From Azolla caroliniana (taxonomy: Eukaryota > Plantae > Polypodiophyta), in contig JBHGNT010000013.1 in assembly GCA_043228905.1 (NCBI GenBank), positions 13,826,001 to 13,890,000 on the forward strand: a stretch of 64,000 bases of DNA, read 5' to 3'. The translations under genes and the position numbers were made by a program. The notes beneath the pieces are model-generated. The model made no database searches and was not told the origin of the DNA. It saw only the letters and a list, made by a program, of their open reading frames with translations. Shown piece by piece: positions 43,186 to 56,000 of this stretch (position 1 is the stretch's first letter; each line of letters starts with the position of its first letter).

Positions 43186-44260
43186 ATGTGCCAAAAATTA
43201 GATTCCCTCATTTCTTCTCTTTTCATCTTATTTACTTTTATATTTACCGTGTAATATTTATTTTATTTTGATTTGTTCTCAAAGACGAGAAAACACTCCA
43301 AATGTAATCCTTATTTGGTCTTATAGGCCATTTTGGCCTCTTAAAAGACATTAATATATCTTTCTTTCTTTCTCTCTCTCTCTAGGGCAGTTGCAAATTT
43401 CATCACATCAGTTAGAGATTGAGGTACGCAGATATGCACAAATACCTCTAGAAGAAAGAATTTGCCAATTGTGTCAGCAAGGAGTGGAATCCAAAGAGCA
43501 CTATGTTTGTTACTGTAGTGTCTTTTATGAAATAAGAGGGAGATACCATTGCCTCTTTAAACAAGGCTTTGGACCACTATGCAAAGTAATGGAATAGGAG
43601 GACCAACGGAGCCTAGAACTTTTCTTGCTAGAACTCAAGAGACACACTACCCTGATTCCAATATAGCTTGGATTTTCCACTCTGGAACATGATTAAAGTA
43701 GAAAAAAATAGAATGGTCTGAGTTGATAACATTAAATTGGATAATGAAAGAACATGGATCAGGCCCAAAAAAGCTCTTGGTAGAAAAATGGCCCACTACA
43801 AGGCATCCTTTTTACACATGTCGTCGGATTGATTTACAATCAAACCTTCATATATGGATACACATCTATCGCATGCACTTCATAGTGTGATAAGGCATCT
43901 TAAGACCTCTTCACATTAGTTAGAAATTGAGATACACAAATATGCGTGAAAACCTATGGAAGGACAGATCTACTGATTGTGCCATCCAGGATGGAATCAG
44001 AAGAACACTATCTGTCCACTGATTGTTTTATGAAATAAGGAAACACCCTTGCCTCTTGAAACAAGGTTTTGGCCCACTATGCAAGATCATGGAATACAAA
44101 CACCAACGGTGCTTAGGACAATTCTGCTAGAACAAGCGACAGTAGAGAAGTTGTTAGCGAACAACAATACAACCACAAGAGCTCACCAATAGAGAACAAA
44201 CACGACTTTCTTTAGCCATATCACTTCTCATTCTTCATCACTCCTCATGCTACAAACCAA
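43185..44260 (+). mobile_element. Further RTE-X-like fragments: D (3' UTR, 43185-43383), E (43384-43645) and an older fragment F (43646-44260)
   Basis: D repeats the 3' UTR and tail of copy C. E encodes SSHQLEIEV...CQLCQQGVESKEHYVC. F is a more diverged copy of the same region. Confidence 0.8.
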
Positions 44261-46249
44261 TCAAAGAATAGAAATGGCCTTTAAGACCAAATATGAGAAG
44301 TGATGAAGAATTTGAACAGATTGATGGCCTGGCCGAGATGTGATGGATAATCCAATTGATGGCATGCTCCACAACAAGATGCAGTCAAAGCTCAACAGCA
44401 TGTTGACCTGGTGCTCCACAACACAATTGACTAACACAGTCCAATCAATAACCAAAAAGGAAAAGAAGCTTGATGATAAGGAAGACAACCATAAGCTCCA
44501 TTGGAGAAGCCATGGAAGACCAATCCAACAACTCTGCAAACTTGAATCCATCCCTAGACGCTGAGTTTGCAGTGCTGATCATGTGGACACCTGGAGAGAA
44601 GAGGTGTCGCCAAAGGCTTATAAGCAAATTCATTTCTTAACCCATGAGAAGAATGCAGCAATCCGGTTTGACCTATGCCTTCATAATAAGGGATGCAGCC
44701 AACCCCAAGCCAGAGAGCTTTGCAAAAGCCGCTTGCTACTCTGTAGAACAATGGAACATGGGACCATGCATGAGGATATGTGGACTCCCTACAACAATGG
44801 GACATGGGACCATGCATGAGGGTGGAGACCATGCATGAGCATATGGAGACTTGCTACAACAATGGAACATGAGACCTCTTCTTGACACCTTCATCTCTCC
44901 AGCGATCACTAGATGGAGGATATCATCACAAAATATCAACACTCAGCACAGATATAGACACATCACATACTATGATGAACATAAATTCTCTGATTTGATT
45001 GTTGAACTCATCTGCTGAAAAGTAAACTGAGGAAGACAGAGTTTTGGATCATAAGAAAACTGATTGTGCTCACCAGCAAAAGGCTGCAAATGCTTGCCGT
45101 TTCACATTCACCAGAATAAAAAAATACATACTTGCATTTACTTCAAAAAGAAAACCAATATATTACTCAAATAACATCAAAAGACTCTGATGAAGAACTA
45201 CAAACAAACATTATAGATTTGTACCATATATACGAATCATGATAGTCAAGTACTTGGCAAGTTATCATCTTCTCCATTCCTCTATGATGAGGAGGGCCTA
45301 CATTTGAGGAAAGAATCTAATCCGTGTTAATGTTCTTATTTAGTTTAATTTGTATGCCTCCTCGATATACATTCCCTTGTCTAATACATATATTTTCATT
45401 AGATGAATGCATAAGCATATGGATGCACTACATATGTATATGTATGTACATATGTATATATGCATTATACATACACATGTATGTATATGCACATATATAG
45501 ATATATACACACACATGTTCATTCATGCATATGTAAATAAGTCCAAAGATAAATTTTTGTTCACATATAAAAAAAAACAAATTCATAGATATGCATCAAT
45601 ATAAATACCAGAAAATACACAAATGGGGAAGGATAAAGAGACCTTGTGACCTTGGATGAATATAGGACACAAATGAAAGGGACTCTAGCTTGAATGGTAG
45701 CATCTGTAGTCCTTCAGAGATAATAGAATGTCACATCAAAATGACTATTGATGTCTTACTTGAAAGTATGGTAGCATGATTTTATGGATACTTAATTGCC
45801 TCTCTAATGGTTTAGTCCTTTATACTGCCACCAAAAATTCAGGTAGTACACTATTATGCTTCTACCATAGGAGAAACCATGAATTGGCAAAGCTTACACA
45901 AATTACTGCCATTGGTTGCATATCATGTAGTCTTCCATTGTGAAATCCCTTTAAATAACAATCTCTGAAATGCTTGAAAGAGAAGTTGCCTCGCCTGAAC
46001 ATTATATCAGAAAAAAATAAAATTGTCTCATTTGATGCCTAGCTATTAAAGAATAGCCATCCTGTGATGGAAGCATAGCAATGTAATACCCAAAGAATTC
46101 AGGTTGGAAGTGTTAAGGGTTTATACCATTAGAAGAACTAACCTAACCACCAAATTATGTATATATATATATATCTATATCAGCTGTATATTAGAAAAAG
46201 AGGGAGAAAGAAAATTCCACTCAAAAGAATACGAAGAAAAACAAAAGCT

Positions 46250-46469
46250 GACTTGGAAGATATTCCCACACAGCTGCGAAGGAGGAGAAGGAAGAGTAAA
46301 AAGAAGAAGAGTAACTACAGCGAAAAACAAACAAACAAACAAACACAGGTAGAAACTTAAGGGGAGAAAGTTCTCAAACTTGTAATAGGGAGGTGAGGTC
46401 AGGACGTAGAAAGAAAGCTTGGCACTTCGATCTGCGGAGAAGAAGAAAGAAAGTCGTTAGATCTCGAGG

Positions 46470-46512
<43 letters not shown>

Positions 46513-46618
46513 CAGAGATTGAGACTGAGACTGAGACTGAGACAGAGACGGGAGAGTGTGTGTCTGTGTGTGTGTGTGTGTGTGAGGTAGGCAGATATAT
46601 ATATATAGAGAGAGAGAG

Positions 46619-46659
<41 letters not shown>

Positions 46660-46900
46660 AACCTGCAAAAGAAAGAGAAGTGAGAAGTGAGAAGAGAGAG
46701 AGAGAGAGATTGAGTGTTGGGAGGGGCAGCAGCAGATATGTAGGTATATATGTATACAGTATACATATATATATATATATATATGTACACACACACACAC
46801 ACATATATATATGTATATGTGTACATATATACATATATATGTGTGTGTATATATATGTACAAGAAACAGAGAGTGTGTGTTGAAGGGGCAGTGAGACTCG
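46250..46900 (-). promoter_or_regulatory. Probable DCL1 promoter and first non-coding exon(s)
   Basis: CT/CA-microsatellite-rich stretch typical of plant 5' UTRs. Candidate minus-strand donor CAA|GTCAGC at about 46252; candidate acceptor TTTGCAG| at 38377 in front of the coding exon. No other gene lies in between. Confidence 0.45.
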
Positions 46901-47994
46901 AGAGAGGGTAGAACTTAGAAGAATGAATGTATGTATACATATGTATCTCTCTTTATCTGATTTCAGTATTTCATTATTAATGACCACATGAGGTTTGACT
47001 CCCCCCCCCCCCCCCCAAGGGCGTTTAGATTTTGTTTGCTACTTTTCTAATGATTTTGTGGGTGTTTTTTTTTGTATTTGGAAATGGATGGTTAAAATGT
47101 TCTTGAAAATGAATAAAATGTGGGTAAAATATAGATGGATAAAATGGTATTTAGGGTTTAGATTCTTGTGGATGCATGGTTGACCGTGCTACTGATGATT
47201 TTGAAAACTTGCATGTTGGTGAGTGAAACGGAAATGTTGGGTTGGGTAAAATGAACCACTGGGATCAAATTCTTGTGGATGCATCCATTGGATGATTGTT
47301 GTTTTAATGGTGAGATGAAATACCATAGATCTTCTCGATCATATCAAAGAAAGTTACGAACAAGAGTGCTTAACCAATGGAACAGAATGTCGAAGAACTC
47401 CAAACATGCACAAAGTCAAATTTCGTTACCAAGTTCACACGTGACGAGATGATAATTTATGATTTATCAAAAGACCAACAAATGTAGAAACTCAAATTAA
47501 AGATTGTTAAAAAATATGAATTTTATGTAAGTATAAATCTCAATGTTCGTGACATTTAAAATGTATGGCTTCATAATTTCAGTGTAAGATCGTGGACTTG
47601 TGAAATCCAAATATGATGATGGTACCATCTCAACCAACCGTCTGAATCGACACCAACTAAACCGAGAAGGGCTAAAATCCAACACTGGCATAAAAAGGTG
47701 AACCCATATTGGATTCTCGATTCACTTTGGGTGCAACTTGCCAAGCAAAGCAACAAGGTGGACACCATCCTCGATTGAGTGCAAGAGGAGGATTATGTTT
47801 TCATACCCACGTTGCACTTGGGAAATTGGCTGCTTTGTGTAGAGTATATTAAGTTGATGTTGCGAAAGGTTGAGGACATGTTAGTGAGTCTAGCAAACAA
47901 CACAAGTTGCGAGCAAGATAGAGTTATGCACTCTTATACGATCATGAAGATGGAAACAAACAGTTGTAGAGAGAGAGAGCGGGGGGGGGGGGGG

Positions 47995-50020
47995 GGGTTG
48001 GGGAAAGGATGTCTCGGATATCGTTGTTGGCAAGATTAGGTGTAGTGTCACACATTATGTTAAATGGTGGAGTTACTAAGGCAATACCATTGAAAATATC
48101 ACTTAGACAAGGATGCCCATTGAGTCTATTATTATTTGCAATTGCTACACACCCGCTTTTGGTGAAGATGCATGACTTGGCAACACGTGGGGAAATAGTT
48201 GGATTAGATCTACCATTAGTGAAACAATTGATCGCCCAAGCATTGGTTGATGATTCGTTTTTATTTCTCAAAGCAACACCTGATAACATAGTTAAGGCCA
48301 TGGAAGTGTGGAATGTGTTCGCATTGGCGTCAGGATTACATATAAATATGCAAAAGTCGATGCTCATTAGATGCACTGAGAGTGATTTGGTTGATCTTGG
48401 ATGGGATGGCCAAATATTAGATCAAGGGAACGTGTGTCAACAGTTATGTTACCCTATTGGTGTTTATATCTCATCATTGCAAATTTTGAATTGGATATCA
48501 AGAACCATCTATGCATTGGAAGTCTCAAGCATGGCAGTTTAGTACTCATCTCAAAGTGATACAAGCTATAATGATTCCAATGATTTCTTATTTTTTGCCA
48601 TTGTTACCGTGGACAAAGAAATCACTTGATCGTTTAGCTAGTTCACTTAAATATACACCATGGAAGAAAGAAACAAACCTTGGTATGAGTTGGGTATCAT
48701 GGAACAATATTTGTACCCCAAAACAGTTAGGGGGTGTTGCTTTACTAAATTTAGAAGATCATATGGTGGCTCGAAGATTCAATCTTTTGAAAGGTATGTG
48801 CAGAGGTACCCAACATTGGGTAGAAATAATTACTTATTTTGTGGAAAAGGTTGGTATTTACCATGGGAAAACGAGAATTATAGCTTCATGGTGGCATGTT
48901 GTTAATAGTACCCAACAATTTACGTGTTCAGAATCTATTATGGTTCAACAATTGGTGCTTTCTTGGCAACGGTGTTTGAAGTTGTTTAATTGGAGGCCTC
49001 CTGAGTGCAGAAAATATATAAATTCATTGGCAACAAAGGTGTTGGCAGCTTTAAGGATATTACACGGGGATGGAAAAGAAAGTCTAAATTCACATTTCAA
49101 TCGAATGGCAAGGCTAGGCTTGGTAACTGTGGAAAATGGTATTTTAGAGTCACGTAGGAAAATGATGGCCTTTCGGACAATCAAAAACAAGTTTCATATA
49201 CCATGTGGATATGAGTATATTTGGCAATCGATATTGGCATTTCCTAGATTAGTTTTCCCAAATCCATAGTTGGTGGTCGAGGAACCATGGAAAGATTGGT
49301 CATTTAGTAATGGGAAATCGATTTATGTGGTGCACACTAATGATGTGTACCATAAGTTGGTTGAAGGTAGAGCTTGGTTAGCAAATAAGGTGTTTGACAC
49401 ATGGTACATTACTCGACATGCAAAGTGGTGGCATAGAGTTTTGGATGCATGATGGCAGTCTCATCTTCCGTTCCATGGTAAGGTGTTTCTTTGGTGTGTG
49501 ATTGTTTGTGGGTTTCCTTTAGCGATGGCCTTAAAACGAAGACATATTTCAAATGGGACATGTTTTTTCTGTACGGTTGTTGAAGAAGATGCCAGACATA
49601 GGTTCATTACATGTTTGGTTGCTAAAGCCATTTGGGTGATTATGTCACAAATTTGGGCATCGATAACAGGAATATATGTTGTCACCTTATAAATGGTTTT
49701 TTATGGATGAGGATAAAGTTATGCCCACACCATTGTATAAGGTTGTTTTTTATTACCTTAGATATTGGGGGACGTGGTTTAATTGGACCATGAGAATGAG
49801 TTCTTTGTTTGATGGACTTCATGGGATAATACAACAACTCCATAGGATGAAAGGGAAATTGATTTGGCAATTTTCACAACTATGTTGTATGGGGACGTTG
49901 TCCCAAGATGAGATGGACTTATGTCATTTAGTTTTACAACACTTGAGAGGGTTTCCCTTGCACCATCACTATTTATGAAGTAGTGAAGATAGCAAGGGTT
50001 GTATTATCATCTTGTTTTGG
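47995..50020 (+). mobile_element. L1-clade LINE, 5'-truncated (RT domain, thumb, zf-RVT), frameshifted
   Basis: LRQGCPLSLLLFAIATHPL, ALVDDSFLFL, SWVSWNNICTPKQLGG, CFFCTVVEEDARHRFITC. Confidence 0.88.
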
Positions 50021-50245
50021 TAGAGAGAGAGAGAGAAATGTTTTAAGCTAAGAGAGACTATGTTACATTAGCCACCGATCTGTTTTTTACAAGGTCAATT
50101 ACCCACTTATATAGTTAGTTAATTGTGTGTTCACACTAGAGATACAAGGTGGCTGGAGTGGGACTTTTATCCCAACACTTTGGACAAAGATACACAATAA
50201 TTGAATGGGTTTGAATGTTCATAAATTTATCGGCCATGTAGTCTT

Positions 50246-50476
50246 TTGCGATTCATTAATAATTTGACAACCCTTTCCTTGAAGACTTTGGTAGATCTAG
50301 TTGTACGAAATATATGTAACAAACTTAGAGACCATTGCATTCTAAGTGAGGGAAAACATCACGAACTCCACATCCCAACGCAACCCAATGGGACCAATTG
50401 TGGCTATTACTTGATGCAAACTATTCATATGCTAGTGGAGGAATTCATTCAAGGATTGGATCTCCCGATTTTGTAA
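50246..50476 (+). pseudogene. Ulp1/C48 protease-like fragment, probably from a DNA transposon
   Basis: HIPTQPNGTNCGYYLMQ resembles the catalytic P-x-Q-x-N-G-x-D-C-G motif. No other exons were recognised. Confidence 0.4.
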
Positions 50477-50522
50477 GTGCCTTCGTATGTTGGTTCTCAT
50501 AAGTATTGTGGTATAGGGGTAT

Positions 50523-50789
50523 GAGCCATAGTACGTAATATTCATGTTCGTTAGCCCAAACATTCGTTTTCATACGTATGCAAACAAATGCATATATTAA
50601 AACATTATTGTGTTTTTTTTTTTACACTTTTTACCTTAACTTTCTTACCCTAAAAAAAACCTTATAATAAATAATGAGTGCAAAAGTATGGTATTTACCA
50701 TACTTCGAGGGTGTTTTTCTTATGCGAATGATGAGAATGTTCGCAAATGCTAATGCATGAATGGTCCATATGCTTCATACTATGGTCAA
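50523..50789. mobile_element. Second MITE-like family (other partial copies at about 9915-10085 and 63330-63524)
   Basis: Imperfect TIR GAGCCATAGTACG / CATACTATGGTC. The core TTTTTACCTTAA...TAAATAATGA...CAAAA.TATGG.ATTTACC is shared by three dispersed copies. Confidence 0.6.
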
Positions 50790-53010
50790 AGCATTGGCTC
50801 AGACATGAAGATGTGGAGCTCTTTCGGATAAACATGGTGAAATGGGCACGTTGGGTTTTGGGCTTTTCGATATCTTAAACTTTTTTGACAATCAATATAT
50901 TCTATATATGGTTGATTCGGTATAATATCGGATAATATGCGTTGATATAATAATTCTTGGTTGCCAACCATTACATTTGGTATATTCTCATTTTGTACAT
51001 GATATATTCGTTTTATATTCAACATTCATTGTAAAAACATTTTGTTAGAATGAGGAAGCAATATTTTGGTGTATATGGTGAAGGTGATGTCAAAGTGTGT
51101 ATTTTGAAATCATGACCCCAAAATGAAGTGTATGGTGAATATGGTGTCAAAATATATGGTGATTGTTGGGTCATATTTAACTACCCTGATATCGGCTAGT
51201 AGCCCGGCCAAAATTACCACAATTGGGCAACTAGCTGTAATGATTGCTTTTCAACAATAAATTAATGATCATTTTGCCCGACATTGGCCATTCATTTTTA
51301 CTTGAATTTGTCTTTAGTTTTCCTTAATTGATATTGTGAAATGCACATAGAATCAAAATAGCTTGCCTTGCTTCTTGCCCGATTTCTACGTGATGCATAA
51401 ATACCCATTTGGCTTGGCTACACACGTGCAAAAAGGGTGGCACGAAGGAACAAAGGTACACCGCAACATGAATGCATGCACTTGCACCAAAGGTACACCA
51501 CAATATCAAACATCCTAATTGCTATCAAACGTCATACATACTAAGATATATGGGATCACGTGGGGAGATGTTGATTTCATATTTGCAATGTCGAAAGACG
51601 AATTAGAGGAAACATCATCACATTCCACAACATCATTTACATACGAGGAAGACAATGAGTCCTCCACGTCTAAACCCGAGGATGATGAGGTGGATCCCTT
51701 GATGTATTGTTCCCCTAATTATTTTGCGTTCAATTGAGGTACATATAAATTGATGGTTAAAGATTTATTAGAAATAGTTAAGGTCATGATTAAATCATTA
51801 AAAGATGTCACAAAGGATGCATCTCTCAGACTTAATGCATGGAGGCGCATGATGAGTTGAATCGTACTAGGAAATGAGAGTGCATTGTGCAATCTACCTT
51901 AAGGCATCACCTAAACTTCAAGTAAGTTATGTAGAGAAATGGACAGAGATAATATTGGTGTCACGTGAGATGGGATCCCATCACCATCTATCACAAACTC
52001 TTAAAGAGTATATCTTAAAGTAGTAATTGGCCAATATCATTGCCAATCAATACAAAACGCAATACCAAATGACATGGGGGAAACGAATGTCAGTAAATAT
52101 GACAAAACTAAGCCAAGAGAAGTGATCAAGGTGAAGGTAGAATCCCCTAAGTGCAAATATGTGAGACTAGGAAGGTTCAATGTTTGCAATGTGATGGCTT
52201 GACCTTGACTTTGAGGGACTTGAATACTGATTGTTGCAAAAATTGTGGATGTATTTTGCCATCCTCCCCACAAGAGCCATGATCTCTAACTTTGTATTTA
52301 TTCAATTTTCATTTCTAGGTTTTTGGTTAAAGATTTTGGAGGTTTTTTGTCTCCGAAATCAACATTGGATATCTTGTGACCTTTGAAACTTTTCATGGCT
52401 AGAAATTTGAAGTTTCTAGTATGTTCAAAACACATATTTGATTTTTTAGTGGCTAAAATTTTACTGGTGGGTGGAATTTTAATGCTAAGGTGAAACCTAA
52501 GACGGAACAATGTTTGGAATGATCTATGACTTTTTGTTTTACATTATTAGGATGAAGATTTGCGTATGTTTTAGTTTTAATGGGAGAAGTTTTATATATC
52601 TAAAACGTTTGAGATATTGATGCCAGATTTTGTTTTTTGAACATAGAAGTTTTTTGAAGTTTTTGATGTTAGGCATTGAGTCGAGCTACTGCATCAGATT
52701 GTCGGGCTATTGGTGATAGATGCTGTCAGAGCCGGTCTATCAGAAGCTCACACACTTTTTTAGATAAAGATTTGACAACGTAAATCGGACGGCCGCGATT
52801 CCCTCCCTAGAGGTTTCACTATGATTTGGTAGCAAATAGACACGAGCCATCTACATATAGACACCATCCATGTACATGTATATATATTGTGTATATATAT
52901 ATGTATATACATATGTATCATGTATGTATATATATACATATACATTTGCATATGTATGTATTACATACTTACTTACCTCACTCACCACCTTCTTTTTCCA
53001 GGGTTAAGCC

Positions 53011-56000
53011 ATGGCATCTTCTGTACAGTCTTTGCCTGTGAGGCAACATAAAGCTCGAATCGTCGACAAGGTTCAGCTCAATCGTGTCACGCTCATCATC
53101 GCAGAGACTGGAACTGGTATGTTCCTTTCTTTACTATTGCCTCTCTCTGTGTACTCTTTTTACCTATCCATTTTTGTTTCTTTATAAGTTATATCTTTTT
53201 GCTTAGTTTTTCAACTTTGGGGGAAGGCTGTTTTGATTTATTTGTGATCAGAAGTTTTCTCATGGATTCTCCTTGTTCCCAAGATACAAAACTGTAATAC
53301 TTTACATTTGTAGAATTTAAATCTGAATTTATATCTCTACAAGGCATAGTGTTGAGTTCCTTTTTAGATTTTTTTTAATATGAAATGTTGATTAGGAATA
53401 TCTCAATCTTTGATAAAGTCTAGTGAAAGAACAATGGGAACTTAATGAAGTCTATATCTTTGACATGAGATGAGCTACATGATTGATTTTTTTTTGTTTA
53501 CTTTTGATAATACTATGGCGTCCATTTTTGACACTATATGAGCTCATTGCATTGATCACGTGTGAGAACATTTTAACAAGGTGAAAAAAGTATTATTATA
53601 CGTTTTTTTTAATATGAAATGTTGATTAGGAATATCTCAATCTTTGATAAAGTCTAGTGAAAGAACAATGGGAACTTAATGAAGTCTATATCTTTGACAT
53701 GAGATGAGCTACATGATTGATTTTTTTTTTGTTTACTTTTGATAATACTATGGCGTCCATTTTTGACACTATATGAGCTCATTGCATTGATCACGTGTGA
53801 GAACATTTTAACAAGGTGAAAAAAGTATTATTATACGTTTTTTTTTAATATGAAATGTTGATTAGGAATATCTCAATCTTTGATAAAGTCTAGTGAAAGA
53901 ACAATGGGAACTTAATGAAGTCTATATCTTTGACATGAGATGAGCTACATGATTGATTTTTTTTTGTTTACTTTTGATAATACTATGGCGTCCATTTTTG
54001 ACACTATAAGCTCATTGAATTGATCATGTGTGAGAACATTTTAACAAGGTGAAAAAAGTATTATTATACGTTTTATTATGCAGGAATACCTAAGTTTTTG
54101 GATTTTCAATGGGAGAAGGAGGTTTTTGACCAAGAAATCACATTTTTCAAAATGATATCTGATGAGAAGCTAAGGCATAGAGAAAACATGATCTCTATCA
54201 TTGACACAATATGGCTTGGTTCCATCCAGCTTTATGTGTGACTTTTGGAAAAGTTAGAGGAAAAACTGCATGAAGAAATGTAGGATGAAGGGGATATCTT
54301 AAAGCTTCCATTCATTAATATAAAGACATTACCAATTCATTAAGTGAATGGGCCAGACATAGCTTGCATTCAAGATACCATAAAGTTAGACCTTAGAAGC
54401 ATTTGTAAGAGTGAAAGATAAGGAGGAAACCTTTGTATAGCAAACAATATTTTGCAAAACTGCTCTCTTAATGAATTATTTAGGGGCAGAAAGAACGAAC
54501 AAAAGAGATATATTAATGTCTTTTAAGAGACTAAACTGGCCAATAAGAACAAACAAGAGATTACATCTTAAGTGTTGTCTCGTCTTTGAGAACAACAAAT
54601 CAAAATAAAATAAATACTACTATAAAAGTAAATAAGATAAAAAGAGACTAAGGAATCTGGTTTTCAGCACATTATTTAGATTCTCAAGTTAGATATATTA
54701 TAACTTTTGTCTTTGAAAGATCTCTAGCATAGATCGATCCAGAATGGAGAGGTTCTGAAGCGAGAGAAGCACCTTTGATGATGGGAGGTAATGGCCTTTA
54801 TCTGTTTATGACAAGGGTGATGAGGTTGTGGTCCATGGGGCCGAGGCTTACATGCACGACAAATTGCTATTGCCCGATCTATTGTAACCCCTTTGTTATG
54901 TCTTGGTTGGGAGCCCATTTGTGTAGCCCTTGATGGACTTGTAGCATTAGTCGGTGTGATGGGGCTAAAGAAAGTTGTGATTGTTCTTTGTGGATGAGCT
55001 TGTGTGGCTGTACTATGTCCTTCAACAACTTCTCCCTATGTCTCTTGAGTTCTAGCAAGAGAAGTCCTAGGCACCGTTGGTCCTCATATTCCATTACCGT
55101 ATATTCTATAAATGTAGTTAAAGCCAATCTGCGTATTCTTTGCACCTCTAGAATCATGAGCAGCAATGCTCAACTTTTGTGTCACATTGTGGAAATGTGT
55201 TTCAAGTTCAAACAAAAGTTCAAAATATTAAAGAAGAGGTATTCATCACATTTATGTTTATGGCATTGTATTTTACTGCAAAGTCTTTGGGGAGATGACA
55301 AATTTTCTCTATGCATGCATTAAAATTGAGCCTTTTCTGGTTTTCAGAATTACATGAGAGATTCTTGGGATATGGGATTATAAGTTAGGCTTCAGATTTG
55401 CTGTAAAGTTTATTTTCAAATTAAATATGAATAATAGTTCATGTAGTAGTGTTGGTGCACTCTATTTTGTTTTGATCATATTAAAAGTGAAAATATTCTG
55501 TGTTCCATTGTCCTTGAAGCATTAATAATGGTGAAAAGAAATATGATTCCAAAAGATTGTATCTTTCTTGCAAAAAGTTTATGATTTACAGACAATCTAG
55601 GTGTAAGTATAAACTTCAAAAAAATGCTGGAAGATACACAACATTTGAACTTTATTATGTATAGTGCTTTACCAATAGTTAATAAATAAGGTTATGTGCT
55701 GCATCTGAAACATAATTCAAAGCATAGTGAAGGGGAATGTTTGAAGGTACACTCATCTAATATGGTAATTTAATTTTACGTGTTCTAGTCCTATCATAAT
55801 CTCTTGTTTATTCCATCACACGTTGCTTAATGTTTAAAACTTGTGCAGGGAAGAGTTCTCAAGTACCACAAATGCTTTTTGAGGAGGGGTTTGAACCTCT
55901 GTTGTGCACTCAGCCGAGAAGACTTGCAGTTGTTGCCATTGCAAAGGCTGTTGCCAGAGAAAGAGAATGCCAACTTGGGGATGAAGTTGGGTTCCATATT

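Noticed and set aside
51183-52733. Possible TIR pair (TAGCCCG..CAA / TTGTCGGGCTA) delimiting a DNA transposon
   Set aside because: The similarity is too short and gapped, and no TSD or transposase motif was recognised.
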